NCBI GenBank assembly: GCA_965203055.1
Contig: OZ241863.1
Location: forward strand, 2,185,313-2,249,312
Direction: 5' to 3'
DNA length: 64,000 nucleotides
Origin: Spirochaetia bacterium
GTDB lineage: Bacteria > Spirochaetota > Spirochaetia > SZUA-6 > Bin103
The notes under the pieces: generated by a model
Told to the model about the DNA's origin: nothing
Databases searched by the model: none
Seen by the model: only the letters and a program-made list of their open reading frames with translations
Shown here: positions 61,506 through 64,000 of the stretch, piece after piece
How positions within the stretch are numbered: position 1 is the first letter of the stretch
Layout of the letters: each line of letters begins with the position of its first letter
Program-made: the position numbers and the translations under genes

Positions 61506-63557
61506 ATGACCTTGATCTGTCGAGTAGCGCTGGCCGCGGGGCTGGCGGCGCTGGCCGCCGGCACGGCGTTCGGCGGCGGCGCGGAGGAGCAGTCCGGGGC
61601 GCAGGCGGGCGCCGAGGCCGCGGCGGCCGCCTCCGGCCTGGAGGTGCTGGTGCCGGGACGCACCGTAGTATGGGGCTCGCAGGCCGCCTTCGAGGCCGAC
61701 ACCGGCAAGCGGCTGCCGGCCTTTACCGAAGCGCCGGCGCTGGCCGCGCTGGTGGCCGCCGGCGACCTGCCGCCGGTGGAGGATCGGCTGCCGGACGAGG
61801 TGGTGGTCGTCGACCCGCTCGATGAGATGGGCGTGTACGGCGGCGAATACCGCGCCGCAACCACCACGCCCGGGTGCTGCGGCGACTTCGAAGTGATGTT
61901 CACCCGCTTCCAGAACCTGCTCACGGTCAATCCGGAGATCGACGCCACGCTGCCCAACGCGGTGCTCGACTGGGACCTGACCGAGGACTTCAGGACCTTG
62001 ACCCTGACGCTGCGCAACAACATGAAGTGGAGCGACGGCGCGCCGTTCACGGCCGACGACTTCCTGTTCTGGTGGGAGGACTTCACCACCAACGACCAGC
62101 TCAGCGACGCGGTCAACGTGGCCTGGAAGCCGGGCGGCACGCCGATGACCGTGACCAAGGTGAACGACACCACGGTGCGGATGCAGTTCGCGGCGCCCTA
62201 CCCCATCGTGGTGGACAAGATCGCCTTCTCTCCCTACGCCCGCAACCGGGCGACGTTTCCGGTCACCCCCAAGCACTACCTGAGCCGGTTCCACGCCGAT
62301 TACAACGCCGAGGCCGACGCCAACGCCAAGGCGGCCGGCTTCGAGGACTGGACGCAGCAGTTCCTGTCGATTCTCGCCGGCGAGTCGGACAATCGGAACG
62401 ACGTCGACTTCCCCACCATCGAGGGTTGGGACTTGGCCCGCGAAGATGAATTCGGCAGCCGCTTCTTCCACCGCAACCCCTACTACTGGAAGGTGGACAG
62501 CGCCGGCCGGCAGCTCCCCTATTTGGACAGCATGGCGCGGATTCTGGTGGAGAACCGCGAGGTGGCGGAGTTGAAGACCATCGCCGGCGAGTTTCACACC
62601 GGACGCGCCCACCTGCAGCTCAAGAACTGGACCCTGTACAAGGAGAACGAGGCCCAGGGCGGGTATCGGGCGCTGCTGTGGAACTCTCCGGTAGGCAACG
62701 AAATGCGCTTCGCCTTCAACCAGCTCTACGAGGACGACCCGGTGCTGCGCGGCCTGTTCCGGGATCTCCGCTTCCGGCAGGCGATGTCGCTGGCCATCAA
62801 CCGCGGCGAGATCAACGACCTGGTGTTCTTCGGGCGCGCCGTGCCGAGTCAGGTGGCGCCGCCGCCGCTGGCCACCTACCACGAGCCGTGGATGACCTCC
62901 CACTTCGCCGCCTACGACCTCGACCAGGCGAATGCGCTCCTCGACGAAATCGGCTTGGCCTGGGACGAAAATCGCCAGTGGCGGACCCGTCCCGACGGCG
63001 CCACCCTCAGCCTGCTGCTGGAGTACTACAACCGCGGGGACCGTAAGCCGATCTTCGAGCTGGTCAAGGAGTACTGGGAAGCGGTCGGCGTCCAAATCAC
63101 GCTGAAGGAACAGGAGGATCGGCTCTATTCGACGCGCAACGCGACCGGCCTGGTGCAGGTGGCCCATCACCCGGCGCATCTGACCACCGACGTAGGCTTC
63201 GCGTTGCGCGAGGCCGGCCAGTTCCGTCCCGGCGACATCACCAACAACGGCTGGGACGAGTGGTGGACCTCTGGCGGCGCCTCCGGCACGCCGCCGCCGC
63301 AGGAGGCGCAGGAGATCTACGCGCTGCTCGACCGCTACCTGCAGACCCCGTTGTTCACTCCGGAGTCGACCGCAATCGGCAATGAGTATTCCGCCCGGAT
63401 GGTGCGCCAGCTCTACGGGATCGGCACCGTATCGCAGGCCCCGGTGCCGGTGATCGTGCGCAACGACCTGCGCAACGTGCCCGACGTGGACTGGTGGTGG
63501 CCGGAGGGCCGCTGGTTCAACAACACCATCCCGGAACAGTGGTTCATCCGCCAATAG
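61506..63557 (+). CDS. ABC transporter substrate-binding protein, family 5 (peptide/oligosaccharide/nickel type)
   Basis: Signal/lipobox-like N-terminus MTLICRVALAAGLAALAAG; 683 aa; ...NPYYWKVDSAGRQLPYLD... and overall architecture typical of SBP_bac_5. Confidence 0.75.
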   Translation: MTLICRVALAAGLAALAAGTAFGGGAEEQSGAQAGAEAAAAASGLEVLVPGRTVVWGSQAAFEADTGKRLPAFTEAPALAALVAAGDLPPVEDRLPDEVVVVDPLDEMGVYGGEYRAATTTPGCCGDFEVMFTRFQNLLTVNPEIDATLPNAVLDWDLTEDFRTLTLTLRNNMKWSDGAPFTADDFLFWWEDFTTNDQLSDAVNVAWKPGGTPMTVTKVNDTTVRMQFAAPYPIVVDKIAFSPYARNRATFPVTPKHYLSRFHADYNAEADANAKAAGFEDWTQQFLSILAGESDNRNDVDFPTIEGWDLAREDEFGSRFFHRNPYYWKVDSAGRQLPYLDSMARILVENREVAELKTIAGEFHTGRAHLQLKNWTLYKENEAQGGYRALLWNSPVGNEMRFAFNQLYEDDPVLRGLFRDLRFRQAMSLAINRGEINDLVFFGRAVPSQVAPPPLATYHEPWMTSHFAAYDLDQANALLDEIGLAWDENRQWRTRPDGATLSLLLEYYNRGDRKPIFELVKEYWEAVGVQITLKEQEDRLYSTRNATGLVQVAHHPAHLTTDVGFALREAGQFRPGDITNNGWDEWWTSGGASGTPPPQEAQEIYALLDRYLQTPLFTPESTAIGNEYSARMVRQLYGIGTVSQAPVPVIVRNDLRNVPDVDWWWPEGRWFNNTIPEQWFIRQ

Positions 63558-63575
63558 CGCGGCGCTGAAGACCAT

Positions 63576-63603
63576 GGGCCGCCCGCCGGCCGGCGGGCGG
63601 CCC
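63576..63603 (+). promoter_or_regulatory. Perfect 12-bp GC stem-loop (gggccgcccgcc-ggcc-ggcgggcggccc) between the SBP and permease genes
   Basis: Inverted repeat read directly from the sequence. Typical position for the intercistronic hairpin that raises SBP transcript stability or stoichiometry in ABC operons. Confidence 0.5.
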
Positions 63604-63612
63604 ATGCCGTAA

Positions 63613-64000
63613 ATGCTCAACTACTTCCTGCGGCGTTCGTTCTACCTGCTGCTCACCCTGGCGCTGGTGTCGGTGGTGGCGTTCGTGCTGATCCAGCTCC
63701 CGCCCGGCGACTACCTCACCACCTACGTCATTCAACTCGAAAACCAGGGATCGACCGTGTCCGAGGCGGAGCTGGCGGGCCTGCGGCGCCAGTTCGGGCT
63801 CGACCAGCCCGTGCTGGTGCAGTACCTGCGGTGGATCTGGAACATCGTCAGCCGCGGCAACTTCGGGCGCTCGCTGCTCTGGAACGTGGCGGTGAGCGAG
63901 CTGATCTGGGAGCGCATGGGGTGGACCATGGTGGTCGCCCTGGGCTCGCTGCTGTTCACCTACGCGGCGGCGATTCCGATCGGCATCTACTCGGCGCTGC
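63613..64000 (+). CDS. ABC transporter permease (DppB/OppB-like), N-terminal part; continues beyond the window
   Basis: MLNYFLRRSFYLLLTLALVSVVAFVLIQLPPGDYLTTYV... is the canonical N-terminus of BPD-type peptide permeases. It has no stop in the window, so it is not in the ORF track. Confidence 0.75.
   Translation, partial: MLNYFLRRSFYLLLTLALVSVVAFVLIQLPPGDYLTTYVIQLENQGSTVSEAELAGLRRQFGLDQPVLVQYLRWIWNIVSRGNFGRSLLWNVAVSELIWERMGWTMVVALGSLLFTYAAAIPIGIYSAL

Overview
This 64 kb window is a high-GC (about 70% by eye) bacterial chromosomal segment with dense, mostly well-recognisable genes; lineage unassigned (actinobacterial/Chloroflexi-like is a guess). Many six-frame ORFs are antisense or low-complexity artefacts of the GC content; I kept only ORFs whose translation shows family-level motifs or coherent composition.

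Core left arm (1–25.6 kb): a DUF3179-like secreted protein running off the edge, tRNA-Glu(UUC), a MurC-like ligase, yicC, a cytidylate-kinase-like P-loop kinase, rpoZ and miaA. Convergent to these are a LOG-family gene, sucD and sucC, then htrA/degP. A contiguous coproporphyrin-dependent heme cluster follows (hemA, chdC/hemQ, hemE, cpfC/hemH, cgoX/hemY). After it come a HAD hydrolase, korAB (2-oxoglutarate:ferredoxin oxidoreductase) bracketed by two CBS-domain genes, a sulfatase, and a minus-strand operon of an enolase-superfamily enzyme, gpgS (glucosyl-3-phosphoglycerate synthase) and an M20 peptidase.

Accessory island (about 25.7–45.25 kb): visibly lower GC, opening with an Rpn/YhgA-family recombination-promoting nuclease gene. 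It contains:
- a MORC-like GHKL ATPase fused to a C-terminal Mrr-like PD-(D/E)xK nuclease domain, start-overlapping an alpha-class DNA methyltransferase, plus an unknown 324-aa gene;
- a Type III R-M system whose mod and res are separated by an OLD/AbiL/PARIS-like AAA ATPase + small TOPRIM-like pair;
- a second, antiparallel ATPase–TOPRIM pair with a frameshifted TOPRIM gene;
- two about 97% identical 561-bp direct repeats, each carrying a DinB_2-family gene, bracketing a 1.8 kb cassette of two unknown overlapping genes;
- a 58-nt res-gene fragment and a truncated, frameshifted AlbA_2/HATPase_c_4 regulator.

Right arm (45.3–64 kb): core genes resume (GH116 glycosidase, an AAA ATPase, a pRiA4b ORF-3-like protein, a YiiX-like permuted papain, a MacAB-like ABC exporter with two ATPase genes, glycerate kinase). 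A second small lower-GC patch holds an orphan Type I hsdS, tandemly duplicated Rpn C-terminal remnants behind a consensus sigma70 promoter, and a SAM methyltransferase with a 15-nt poly-C tract. The window ends with an ABC substrate-binding protein and a partial permease.

No CRISPR array or rRNA was seen.
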